From Acidobacteriota bacterium (GTDB lineage: Bacteria > Bacillota > Syntrophomonadia > Syntrophomonadales > DTU052): 64,000 nucleotides of DNA. Below are positions 30,813 through 36,946 of this stretch, piece by piece. The notes beneath the pieces were generated by a model that did not search any database, was not told the origin of the DNA, and saw only the letters and a program-made list of their open reading frames with translations. The translations under genes and the position numbers were made by a program. Each line of letters begins with the position of its first letter. Position 1 is the first letter of the stretch. Location: NCBI GenBank assembly GCA_050259595.1, contig JBLNAX010000068.1, forward strand, positions 3,905 to 67,904, given 5' to 3'.

Positions 30813-31109
30813 ATGGAAAAGGTCTTAGTTGAAATCGAAGAATATGTAAAGAATGCTCGGGAAATCCCGAAAGAAGATGTGATATATAAATTTAAAGTTG
30901 GTTCCAAGACATGCGAAAGCGAATTTGCCGTTATCAACGGCCGTGAAATTCTTACCAAGGCAAACCTATTGCCGCCGGAGATGTATCAATTAAATCAACA
31001 TCTACGCGGCGGAAATGTTGTGCCGGTTGAACTGGATCAGCAGGTTGATCTTTCTGAGCATGGAATTGAAAGATTCTCATACCTCCGGAAAGATTCGACA
31101 GAAGGTTAG
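30813..31109 (+). CDS. ubiquitin-like beta-grasp protein (multiubiquitin-family, single unit) ending in Gly
   Basis: ATG lies 8 nt after AGGGGTGA; the track ORF starts at 30759. The pattern YKFKVGSKTCESEFAVINGREILTKANLLPPEMYQL resembles the prokaryotic multi-ubiquitin domain. The C-terminus is ...KDSTEG, then stop. Confidence 0.6.
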   Translation: MEKVLVEIEEYVKNAREIPKEDVIYKFKVGSKTCESEFAVINGREILTKANLLPPEMYQLNQHLRGGNVVPVELDQQVDLSEHGIERFSYLRKDSTEG

Positions 31110-31113
31110 TCTT

Positions 31114-31536
31114 ATGAGAAGGGATTTTGAAATATTCACAGATGATGCTAGTTTCCTTGATGCACGGAAATACATATGGGAAACTATTAAAGACAGTACC
31201 AATAATAATAACTGTTGGGTTTTGATTCACGATTATCCAATCCCAATCGGTTATAATGTGAATTCAGCGACAGCAGCCATTCTTTTATCTCCTGCTAATT
31301 ACTTGCATTCGGGTATTGATATGGTGTACTTCAATCCGCATCTGTCTAGGAGCGACGGCGTAATGATTAAGCAGATAGATGGTAGAATGGTTATCGAAGG
31401 TTCCAGTTATCAGCAATGGTCTCGGCACAGACAAGGTGATCCGTGGACGGTAGGTAATGACTCTCTTATTACTCACCTTTCGCTGGTCGACTACTGGTTA
31501 GCACGAGAATTTCAATCACAGGAACTTCGCTCATGA
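31114..31536 (+). CDS. prokaryotic E2-like (Prok-E2 family) protein
   Basis: ATG lies 5 nt after the upstream stop; the track ORF starts at 31015. The segment WVLIHDYPIPIGYN...ILLSPANYLHSGIDMVYFNPHL...QQWSRH...DSLITHLSLVDYWL matches my memory of the Prok-E2_E family. Confidence 0.55.
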   Translation: MRRDFEIFTDDASFLDARKYIWETIKDSTNNNNCWVLIHDYPIPIGYNVNSATAAILLSPANYLHSGIDMVYFNPHLSRSDGVMIKQIDGRMVIEGSSYQQWSRHRQGDPWTVGNDSLITHLSLVDYWLAREFQSQELRS

Positions 31537-32948
31537 TCCGTTACAAATTACGAATGACGGGCCGCCAATATGCGGCCCTGTCTCAACATTTGCTTGCCAA
31601 TGATGGTTGTGAATCTGTCGCTTTGGCTCTGTGCGGAGTTGGTGAAAGAAACGAAAATGGAATAATTGAACGTGTAGTAATGATTCGCGAAGTTATTCCA
31701 GTGCCGATTGATCAATGCATGGTACGTACCGCCGATTGTGTTAAGTGGTCAACCGAAATATTAAACGGTTTATTATCGAGAATAGACAAAGAAAATGCCA
31801 TCCTCTTAAAACTTCATAGCCATCGTTCAGAAACTGATGCCTTTTCAGAAACTGATGATATTTCTGACAATGAATTGGTTGACTCGGTGTCGGGGTATTT
31901 GCAGAGAGATTTTTGTTGTATAAGTGCCATCATGACAGAGAGTCGCCGCATAAAAGCACGAGTGCTTCAGGTGGATGGTAAGGCAATACCGGTAGAATCC
32001 GTCCTCATCGTCGGTGATGATATTCATTTTTGGCTTTACCAAGACATGAATGGGAATCAGGGTTTGGGCCAATTATCCAAACGAACAACGCAGACATTGG
32101 GTAGACATACGACACAAATCCTTTCTAGGCTAAGAATCGGCATAGTTGGCACTTCTGGAACCGGAAGTCCCACGGTTGAAATGTTAAACCGGTTAGGAGT
32201 AGGATATCTTGTTTTAGTGGATGGAGACATTATTAATCATCTTAATGTCGGGCGAATCTATAACTCAACTGTATGGGATGCAGATGAAGGTAGATACAAA
32301 GTTCACATTCTAAAACAAAAAATGCAACAAAACGGACTTCCCACAATTGTTGAGGCTTTTCCCAAAGACCTTTATCATGCGTCTGTTATCCGGGCCCTAG
32401 CACAATGTGATATTATTTTTGGATGCATGGATTCTGTTGATGGTAGGCATCTATTAAATAGGCTTTGTGTTTATTATTCAATACCATATTTCGATATTGG
32501 CATTGGCCTTGATGCAGATGGGCAAGGAGGGGTAGAACTCGTAAGTGGTACTGTTCACTATATCCAAGCTGACGGCTCATCACTTATGAGTCGGGGAGTA
32601 TACAATCCGGAAATGCTCCTTGCTAGTATTACTCAAAGACAAAACCCCGAGTTTTATGAAGATCAGCGACAACGGGGATATTTACGTGGTTCTAATGAGG
32701 ACCGTCCGGCTGTGATTAGTGTAAATACCATGATGGCAAGTATCGCTGTGAACGATTTTCTATCTAGAATACATCCTATTCGATACAGCGACAACAAGGA
32801 CGTTGCCCAGATTAGTTTAAACTGGAGTGGCATGTATATTCAAACTTTTTCAGCTAATGATTTCTCGACTGATCGATTATTTTTCAGAGACGTTGGTCGA
32901 GGCGATGTGCATCCATTGTTGCTTGAATACAATTTAGAAGGAGATTGA
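31533..32948 (+). CDS. JAB/MPN metalloprotease fused to ThiF/E1-like adenylating enzyme
   Basis: The ATGA start overlaps the E2 stop. N-terminal JAMM motif: E (CESVALALCG) ... HSHRSETDAFSETD (HxHx7SxxD). The C-terminal half has a Rossmann E1 signature RIGIVGTSGTGSPTVEMLNRLGVGYLVLVDGDIINHLNVGRIY and FGCMDSVDGRHLLNRLC. Confidence 0.8.
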   Translation: MIRYKLRMTGRQYAALSQHLLANDGCESVALALCGVGERNENGIIERVVMIREVIPVPIDQCMVRTADCVKWSTEILNGLLSRIDKENAILLKLHSHRSETDAFSETDDISDNELVDSVSGYLQRDFCCISAIMTESRRIKARVLQVDGKAIPVESVLIVGDDIHFWLYQDMNGNQGLGQLSKRTTQTLGRHTTQILSRLRIGIVGTSGTGSPTVEMLNRLGVGYLVLVDGDIINHLNVGRIYNSTVWDADEGRYKVHILKQKMQQNGLPTIVEAFPKDLYHASVIRALAQCDIIFGCMDSVDGRHLLNRLCVYYSIPYFDIGIGLDADGQGGVELVSGTVHYIQADGSSLMSRGVYNPEMLLASITQRQNPEFYEDQRQRGYLRGSNEDRPAVISVNTMMASIAVNDFLSRIHPIRYSDNKDVAQISLNWSGMYIQTFSANDFSTDRLFFRDVGRGDVHPLLLEYNLEGD

Positions 32949-33002
32949 AAATGCTTCAACGACTTCATCAACTGTGGCAAGAAGTACTTGGGCTTTTCTT
33001 CG

Positions 33003-33662
33003 TTAAGTACAGGCGCTTCCGCTTTGTATCGTGCGAGGATATCCCTGATAAGTTAGAAGAGCGTGCGCTTTGACTAACTTATAAAAAGTTGTAGGTTTAA
33101 GATTTAATTCATGCATTGCCAGTCTTGCAGTAATATTGCCTTCTTTCCACTTATAATAGACCTTCTCAAAATCACTTGGAAATTCAGCTTTGGGCCTGCC
33201 GAGATGTTTACCTTGAGCCTTGGCTATAGCAATTCCTTCAGCTTGTCGTTGTTTAATGTTCTCCCTCTCTTGTTGTGCCACATAAGCCAATACTTGAAGG
33301 ATTAAATCACTAATAAACGTTCCTAAAAGGTCTTTATGAAGCGTAGTATCAAGAAGTGACATATCCAATACTCTGATATCAGCTTTGGTATCCTGGGTAA
33401 TCTCCTGCCATTCATTGATTATTTCTCTGTAGTTTCGGCCTAGTCTATCAATAGACTTAATGATTAACAGATCGCCTTCACGCAAAGCATTCTTGAGAAT
33501 TTGGTATTGTGGGCGATTAAAATCTTTGCCGCTTTGCTTATCTAGAAGGATGTACCTTTCATCTACTCCTGCATCTACCATTGCTTGGATTTGCCTAGCC
33601 TCATTCTGGTCTTTATCACTAATCCTGCAGTAGCCGTAAGTTCTATTCTGCATTTCGAACAC
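33003..33662 (-). CDS. serine recombinase (resolvase/invertase family)
   Basis: YGYCRISDKDQNEARQ (catalytic Ser), the DLLIIKSIDRLGRN motif, and a C-terminal HTH. Confidence 0.88.
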   Translation of the reverse strand: MFEMQNRTYGYCRISDKDQNEARQIQAMVDAGVDERYILLDKQSGKDFNRPQYQILKNALREGDLLIIKSIDRLGRNYREIINEWQEITQDTKADIRVLDMSLLDTTLHKDLLGTFISDLILQVLAYVAQQERENIKQRQAEGIAIAKAQGKHLGRPKAEFPSDFEKVYYKWKEGNITARLAMHELNLKPTTFYKLVKAHALLTYQGYPRTIQSGSACT

Positions 33663-33866
33663 CCCCTAAGATGCTATACTCTTATTATATCGATGGTGTT
33701 CGTAAAAGTATATATAATTTACGAATATGTACGCTTATTATTTATGGCCTTTACGGTCGCGAATAAGTGTAATTATAGTGGGCATTTGGGATGTTCGCAA
33801 AGGTGTACCTTTATGGTCGTTGTAAGATCTAGTATGTAAAATGAGGATTTATCAAGATAGGGTTAA

Positions 33867-33920
33867 GGCTACCGAACCGTATTATATCTGGTCCGGATCG
33901 CAAGATATGAACTCGGACAT
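33867..33920. repeat. decayed copy of the tRNA-Arg(TCT)/tRNA-Pro(TGG) junction (direct repeat of 34877-34930)
   Basis: GGCTACCGAACCGTATTATATCTGGTCCGGATCGCAAGATATGAACTCGGAC compared with GGCTACCGACCTGTATTTTATCTGGTCCGGGTGGCAAGATTTGAACTCGCAG. About 44 of 54 positions are identical, at an offset of 1010 bp. Confidence 0.7.
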
Positions 33921-34040
33921 CAACGCTACTAGGATTTATTTGTCAGCCATAAAGTAGCCGGTTGCAATTGAATTAATCAAAGTCCATAGAAAACAAAAGC
34001 CGCACCTTGATTAGGTGCGGCGGTGTTGATAATCTTAAAT

Positions 34041-34343
34041 CTATTGATGTTGGGGTAAGAAATCAATTCTAACTCTGGCATCAAGAACCTCCGCAATTCG
34101 GGTTAGGGTTTGCAGGGTGATATTTTGATTACCCTTTTCAATTCTTGCGATTGTTGATTGTTTAGTGCCCAGCGCTTTCGCCAATTGTTCTTGTGTCCAT
34201 CCTTTTTCAATGCGTAAAGCTATGATCTGCCGCGTTATTTGATACTCGGGTTCGCTCTCGGCCCATTCTTTAGCGAATTGCGGGTCTTTAATCAAGTTTT
34301 TCTTAATATAGTTTTTCAAATCACTCATTGGTGTTACCTCCAA
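34041..34343 (-). CDS. XRE-family HTH antitoxin (HigA-like)
   Basis: GWTQEQLAKALGTKQSTIARIEKGNQNITLQTLTRIA helix-turn-helix. It lies directly downstream of the toxin gene with an 8-nt gap. Confidence 0.8.
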   Translation of the reverse strand: MEVTPMSDLKNYIKKNLIKDPQFAKEWAESEPEYQITRQIIALRIEKGWTQEQLAKALGTKQSTIARIEKGNQNITLQTLTRIAEVLDARVRIDFLPQHQ

Positions 34344-34351
34344 ATAGAAGC

Positions 34352-34693
34352 CTATGTATTTGATAAATAGGCTTTAAGTCGTTGTTCCGCTAGTTTCAAT
34401 TCAGCGTCAGGAAGCTTACGTGTTTTCTTAATAAATCCACTTAACAGTAACAGTATTTTACCGGCAACAACTGAGAAGAGGATGCGATATTGATTACCCT
34501 GAAACACGGTTCTTAGTTCCCATATATTTCGACCAATGTTGCTAACTAAGGGAAAACCGAGATCAGGACCAAACTCCTCTAACAAAAGAAGATTTCTCAG
34601 TATTTTAGCCCGAGCCTTAGCGTTTTGAGCATCTAAGAACTCACTAACCGGCTCGTTACGGCCTTCTTGGTAAAATGTTAATTCCCATGCCAT
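34352..34693 (-). CDS. type II toxin, RelE/HigB superfamily (phage Gp49-like)
   Basis: WELTFYQEGRNEPVSEFLD...NIWELRTVFQGNQYRILF...LLLLSGFIKKTRKLPDAELKLAEQR is the typical Gp49/HigB-2 pattern. Confidence 0.8.
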   Translation of the reverse strand: MAWELTFYQEGRNEPVSEFLDAQNAKARAKILRNLLLLEEFGPDLGFPLVSNIGRNIWELRTVFQGNQYRILFSVVAGKILLLLSGFIKKTRKLPDAELKLAEQRLKAYLSNT

Positions 34694-34811
34694 GGTTATA
34701 TTATATCATATATGCTATATTGTCTCCAGATGTACCAATTTGATTCGAGTTCTTGCTGCTCGCGTCACCAATTCGCACTAGTAGGGAAGCAAAGGAGCCG
34801 TTTTTGTATTT

Positions 34812-34888
34812 TGGCAGGCCGGACAGGATTCGAACCTGCATTAGGCAGTTTAGAAGACTGCTGCCTCGATCCATTAGGCTACCGACCT
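34812..34888 (-). tRNA. tRNA-Arg(TCT)
   Basis: Minus-strand cloverleaf with anticodon arm GCAGT-CTTCTAA-ACTGC, T-arm GCAGG-TTCGAAT-CCTGT, and encoded CCA. Confidence 0.8.
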
Positions 34889-34898
34889 GTATTTTATC

Positions 34899-34975
34899 TG
34901 GTCCGGGTGGCAAGATTTGAACTCGCAGTCTCGTGGTCCCAGGCCACGCGGGATACCAAGTTACCCTACACCCGG
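34899..34975 (-). tRNA. tRNA-Pro(TGG), atypical C at position 33
   Basis: Acceptor CGGGTGT.../...CACCCGG-A-CCA. Anticodon arm CGTGG-CCTGGGA-CCACG. The reading is confirmed by the track translation SWSQATR on the plus strand. Confidence 0.75.
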
Positions 34976-34983
34976 AGGAATTA

Positions 34984-35061
34984 TGGTGTCGGAGGCGAGA
35001 GTCGAACTCGCAAAACTGCGGGTTTGAGCCGCATATGTATGCCTGATTCCATCACTCCGAC
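34984..35061 (-). tRNA. tRNA with Leu anticodon CAA but no long variable arm (78 nt)
   Basis: GTCGGAG-TG-ATGGAATCAGGCATACAT-A-TGCGG-CTCAAAC-CCGCA-GTTTT-GCGAG-TTCGACT-CTCGC-CTCCGAC-A-CCA. It has a 3-bp Leu-type D-stem and a 5-nt variable loop. Confidence 0.65.
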
Positions 35062-35062
35062 A

Positions 35063-35147
35063 TGGTAATGGTGGAGAGATTCGAACTCTCATGGCTATGG
35101 CCCCTGGTTTTTAAGACCAGGACGTATACCCGTTCCGTCACACCAGC
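35063..35147 (-). tRNA. tRNA-Leu(TAA)
   Basis: An 85-nt class II tRNA with anticodon arm CTGGT-CTTAAAA-ACCAG and a 13-nt variable arm GGGCCATAGCCAT. There is one 2:71 mismatch in the acceptor stem. Confidence 0.75.
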
Positions 35148-35154
35148 ATAATTA

Positions 35155-35230
35155 TGGAGCCGGTGAGAGGACTTGAACCCCTAATCTACTGATTACAAGT
35201 CAGCCGCTTTTTCCATTGAGCTACACCGGC
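35155..35230 (-). tRNA. tRNA-Thr(TGT)
   Basis: Acceptor GCCGGTG/CACCGGC, anticodon loop CTTGTAA, T-loop TTCAAGT, encoded CCA. Confidence 0.85.
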
Positions 35231-35237
35231 TAAAATA

Positions 35238-35314
35238 TGGTGCGGGAGGGAGGACTTGAACCTCCGATCTACCGGTTCAAAGCCGGTCGCGTTAACCAAT
35301 TACGCTACTCCCGT
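35238..35314 (-). tRNA. tRNA-Gln(TTG)
   Basis: Anticodon arm ACCGG-CTTTGAA-CCGGT and D-arm GCGTAATTGGTTAACGC. The 1:72 pair is weak or mismatched. Confidence 0.8.
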
Positions 35315-35323
35315 ATTTATCAT

Positions 35324-35399
35324 TGGCACGGGGCGAAGGGGTCGAACCTCCAGTCTCCTGGGTCAGAACCAGGCATGTTGCCAATTACACCAGCCCCGT
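35324..35399 (-). tRNA. tRNA-Gln(CTG)
   Basis: Anticodon arm CCTGG-TTCTGAC-CCAGG, an A1:U72 pair, encoded CCA. Confidence 0.8.
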
Positions 35400-35404
35400 A
35401 TTTT

Positions 35405-35480
35405 TGGTGCCCCCAGATGGACTCGAACCATCAACTAACCGGTTATGGGCCGGTAACTCTAACCATTGAGTTATGGGAGC
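35405..35480 (-). tRNA. tRNA(CAT), elongator Met or Ile2 type, atypical C33
   Basis: Acceptor GCTCCCA/TGGGGGC with a G1:C72 pair, so it is not initiator-like. Anticodon arm ACCGG-CCCATAA-CCGGT. The reading is confirmed by the track translation LTGYGPVT. Confidence 0.7.
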
Positions 35481-35484
35481 ATTT

Positions 35485-35562
35485 TGGGGTGACTGACGAG
35501 ACTTGAACTCGTAAAGACCGGGGTCACAGTCCGGCGCGTATACCATTTCCGCCACAGCCACC
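35485..35562 (-). tRNA. tRNA-His(GTG)
   Basis: Anticodon loop CTGTGAC. An encoded extra G(-1) lies opposite C73, the hallmark of bacterial tRNA-His. Confidence 0.88.
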
Positions 35563-35609
35563 GCGTTATTATCTTATCTCAGGGGGAAGATCCTCAAGAG
35601 ATTGTTATC

Positions 35610-35687
35610 TGGCTCCCCGAGCAGGGCTCGATCCTGCGACCCTCCGGTTAACAGCCGGGCGCTACCACCAAACTGAGCTATCGGGGA
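35610..35687 (-). tRNA. tRNA-Asn(GTT)
   Basis: Acceptor TCGGGGA/TCCCCGA, D-arm GCTCAGTTTGGTGGTAGC, anticodon loop CTGTTAA. The T-loop ATCGAGC is atypical. Confidence 0.8.
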
Positions 35688-35691
35688 ATAA

Positions 35692-35769
35692 TGGTGCCTC
35701 CGACAGGGATCGAACCTGTGACCCTTCGATTATCGGTCGAATGCTCTACCAAAACTGAGCTACAGAGGC
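35692..35769 (-). tRNA. tRNA-Ile(GAT), atypical C33
   Basis: Anticodon arm TTCGA-CCGATAA-TCGAA, D-arm GCTCAGTTTTGGTAGAGC, T-loop TTCGATC. Confidence 0.72.
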
Positions 35770-35774
35770 ATTAA

Positions 35775-35850
35775 TGGTGTCCCTGAGAGGACTCGAACCT
35801 CCAACTTACCGGTTAAAAGCCGGTTACTCTGGCCATTGAGTTACAGAGAC
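35775..35850 (-). tRNA. tRNA-Lys(TTT)
   Basis: Anticodon arm ACCGG-CTTTTAA-CCGGT, encoded CCA. Confidence 0.85.
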
Positions 35851-35854
35851 ATAT

Positions 35855-35929
35855 TGGTGCTCCCGGATGGACTTGAACCATCAGCCTCGCGGTTAAGAGC
35901 CGCTTGCTCTGCCATTGAGCCACGGAAGC
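35855..35929 (-). tRNA. tRNA-Lys(CTT)
   Basis: Anticodon loop CTCTTAA, T-arm GATGG-TTCAAGT-CCATC. Confidence 0.82.
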
Positions 35930-35939
35930 AAAACTATCA

Positions 35940-36014
35940 TGGTGCTGCGGGTTGGAATCGAACCAACTACGCCACGGGCTTCAACCGAGCGCTCTACCGG
36001 TGAGCTACCACAGC
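35940..36014 (-). tRNA. tRNA-Phe(GAA)
   Basis: Anticodon loop TTGAAGC with one U:U mismatch in the anticodon stem. D-arm AGCTCACCGGTAGAGC. Confidence 0.78.
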
Positions 36015-36020
36015 ATTATT

Positions 36021-36097
36021 TGGTGGACCTGACAGGACTCGAACCTGCAACCTTCTGCTTGCAAAGCAGTCGTTCTCGCCATTAGAACTACAGGCCC
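36021..36097 (-). tRNA. tRNA-Ala(TGC)
   Basis: Acceptor GGGCCTG with the G3:U70 Ala identity pair. Anticodon loop TTTGCAA. Confidence 0.85.
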
Positions 36098-36100
36098 ACA

Positions 36101-36176
36101 TGGTGCTCCCTGGTGGAATCGAACCACCGGTCTTATGCTTGTAAGGCATCTGCTCTTCTCACTGAGCTAAGGGAGC
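36101..36176 (-). tRNA. tRNA-Val(TAC)
   Basis: Acceptor GCTCCCT/AGGGAGC, anticodon loop CTTACAA, T-arm GGTGG-TTCGATT-CCACC. Confidence 0.85.
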
Positions 36177-36217
36177 CGGATAAATAAGAAGGGGTTGTGA
36201 CTTTAATTCACAACCCC
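36177..36217 (-). terminator. perfect 10-bp hairpin + U-rich tract between the two tRNA blocks
   Basis: GGGGTTGTGA-7 nt-TCACAACCCC. On the minus strand it is followed by TTCTTATTTATCCG, which runs straight into tRNA-Val. Confidence 0.45.
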
Positions 36218-36380
36218 TGGATTGGTCGTATTTTCGGTCACTTTAAGTATTCATGATCGTCTGTTTTGGGCATGTTGAGTTAATACGATAAACGGTTTTA
36301 TCGCTGTATTTCTGAATATTGTGTTCGTAATGCCCAAAGTTTTCACTGATTAATCTCCTATTCTTGTTTAGTATTAAAAC

Positions 36381-36470
36381 TGGCGGAGACGGAAGGACTC
36401 GAACCTTCAAACGCTGTTAACGTCACTGGGTTTCAAAGCCAGGCCCCGCCCCACTGGGGTCAACGTCTCC
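36381..36470 (-). tRNA. tRNA-Ser(TGA)
   Basis: A 90-nt class II tRNA with anticodon loop TTTGAAA, a C:C mismatch closing the stem, a long variable arm and discriminator G. The D-arm is poorly canonical. Confidence 0.65.
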
Positions 36471-36478
36471 TTGATTAA

Positions 36479-36566
36479 TGGAGGAAGAGGAGGGATTCGA
36501 ACCCACGGAACCTCACGGCCCTCCGGTTTTCGAAACCGGCGCATTAATCCTCTCTGCCAATCTTCC
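36479..36566 (-). tRNA. tRNA-Ser(CGA)
   Basis: An 88-nt tRNA with D-arm TGGCAGAGAGGATTAATGC, anticodon arm CCGGT-TTCGAAA-ACCGG and a 16-nt variable arm. There is one T-stem mismatch and one 7:66 mismatch. Confidence 0.72.
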
Positions 36567-36580
36567 TCAATGTTAAGTTC

Positions 36581-36675
36581 TGGCGGAGAGAGTGGGGGTC
36601 GAACCCACGCAGGCTGCTGCTAGCAACCCCTGGTGCCTTTCCAAGACACTCCCTTAGCCTCTTGGGTATCTCTCC
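36581..36675 (-). tRNA. tRNA-Ser(GGA)
   Basis: A 95-nt tRNA with acceptor GGAGAGA/TCTCTCC, anticodon arm GTGTC-TTGGAAA-GGCAC and a very long variable arm. Confidence 0.75.
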
Positions 36676-36682
36676 AAAAACA

Positions 36683-36773
36683 TGGCGGAGGATGTAGGAT
36701 TTGAACCTACGCAGGCGTTACCACCCCTAGCGGTTTAGCAAACCGCCCTCTTCAGCCACTTGAGTAATCCTCC
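36683..36773 (-). tRNA. tRNA-Ser(GCT)
   Basis: A 91-nt tRNA with acceptor GGAGGAT/ATCCTCC, anticodon arm GCGGT-TTGCTAA-ACCGC and a long variable arm. Confidence 0.78.
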
Positions 36774-36780
36774 GTATATT

Positions 36781-36857
36781 TGGTACGGACGAGAGGGGTC
36801 GAACCTCCAAAACTACGGGTCTAAGCCGCATACGTATGCCAGTTCCGTCACGTCCGC
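36781..36857 (-). tRNA. tRNA with Leu anticodon TAG but no long variable arm (77 nt)
   Basis: GCGGACG-TG-ACGGAACTGGCATACGT-A-TGCGG-CTTAGAC-CCGTA-GTTTT-GGAGG-TTCGACC-CCTCT-CGTCCGT-A-CCA. The reading is confirmed by the track translation WYGREGSNLQNYGSKPHTYASSVTSA. Confidence 0.65.
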
Positions 36858-36870
36858 ACGTTTTCAATTT

Positions 36871-36945
36871 TGGTTGCGGGCCCAGGAGTTGAACCAGGTT
36901 AATCCGAGTTATGAGCCCGGCGAAGATGCCGACCTTCCGCCCGCA
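36871..36945 (-). tRNA. initiator-like tRNA-Met(CAT)
   Basis: Anticodon arm CCGGG-CTCATAA-CTCGG with a G29-G31 run. The D-stem has an A11:U24 pair, and the 3' end is ...CCCGCAACCA as in tRNA-fMet. Position 1:72 is a U:A pair, and the T-stem has a U:U mismatch. Confidence 0.7.
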
Positions 36946-36946
36946 A

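Larger units (their letters stand above)
24417..33662. mobile_element. putative integrative genomic island inserted at the tRNA-Thr 3' end (right boundary uncertain)
   Basis: A tyrosine integrase reads toward the tRNA 3' end. The stretch also has an excisionase-type HTH, ImmA-like genes, defence-type cargo and a serine recombinase at the far side. No attR copy of the tRNA 3' end could be found by eye. Confidence 0.45.

Noticed and set aside
24417-34040. An attR copy of the tRNA-Thr 3' end to delimit the island.
   Set aside because: I scanned the intergenic regions by eye for GGTTCAAATCCGCCCATCGGCTCCA or its 3' part and found none. The boundary is left open rather than guessed.
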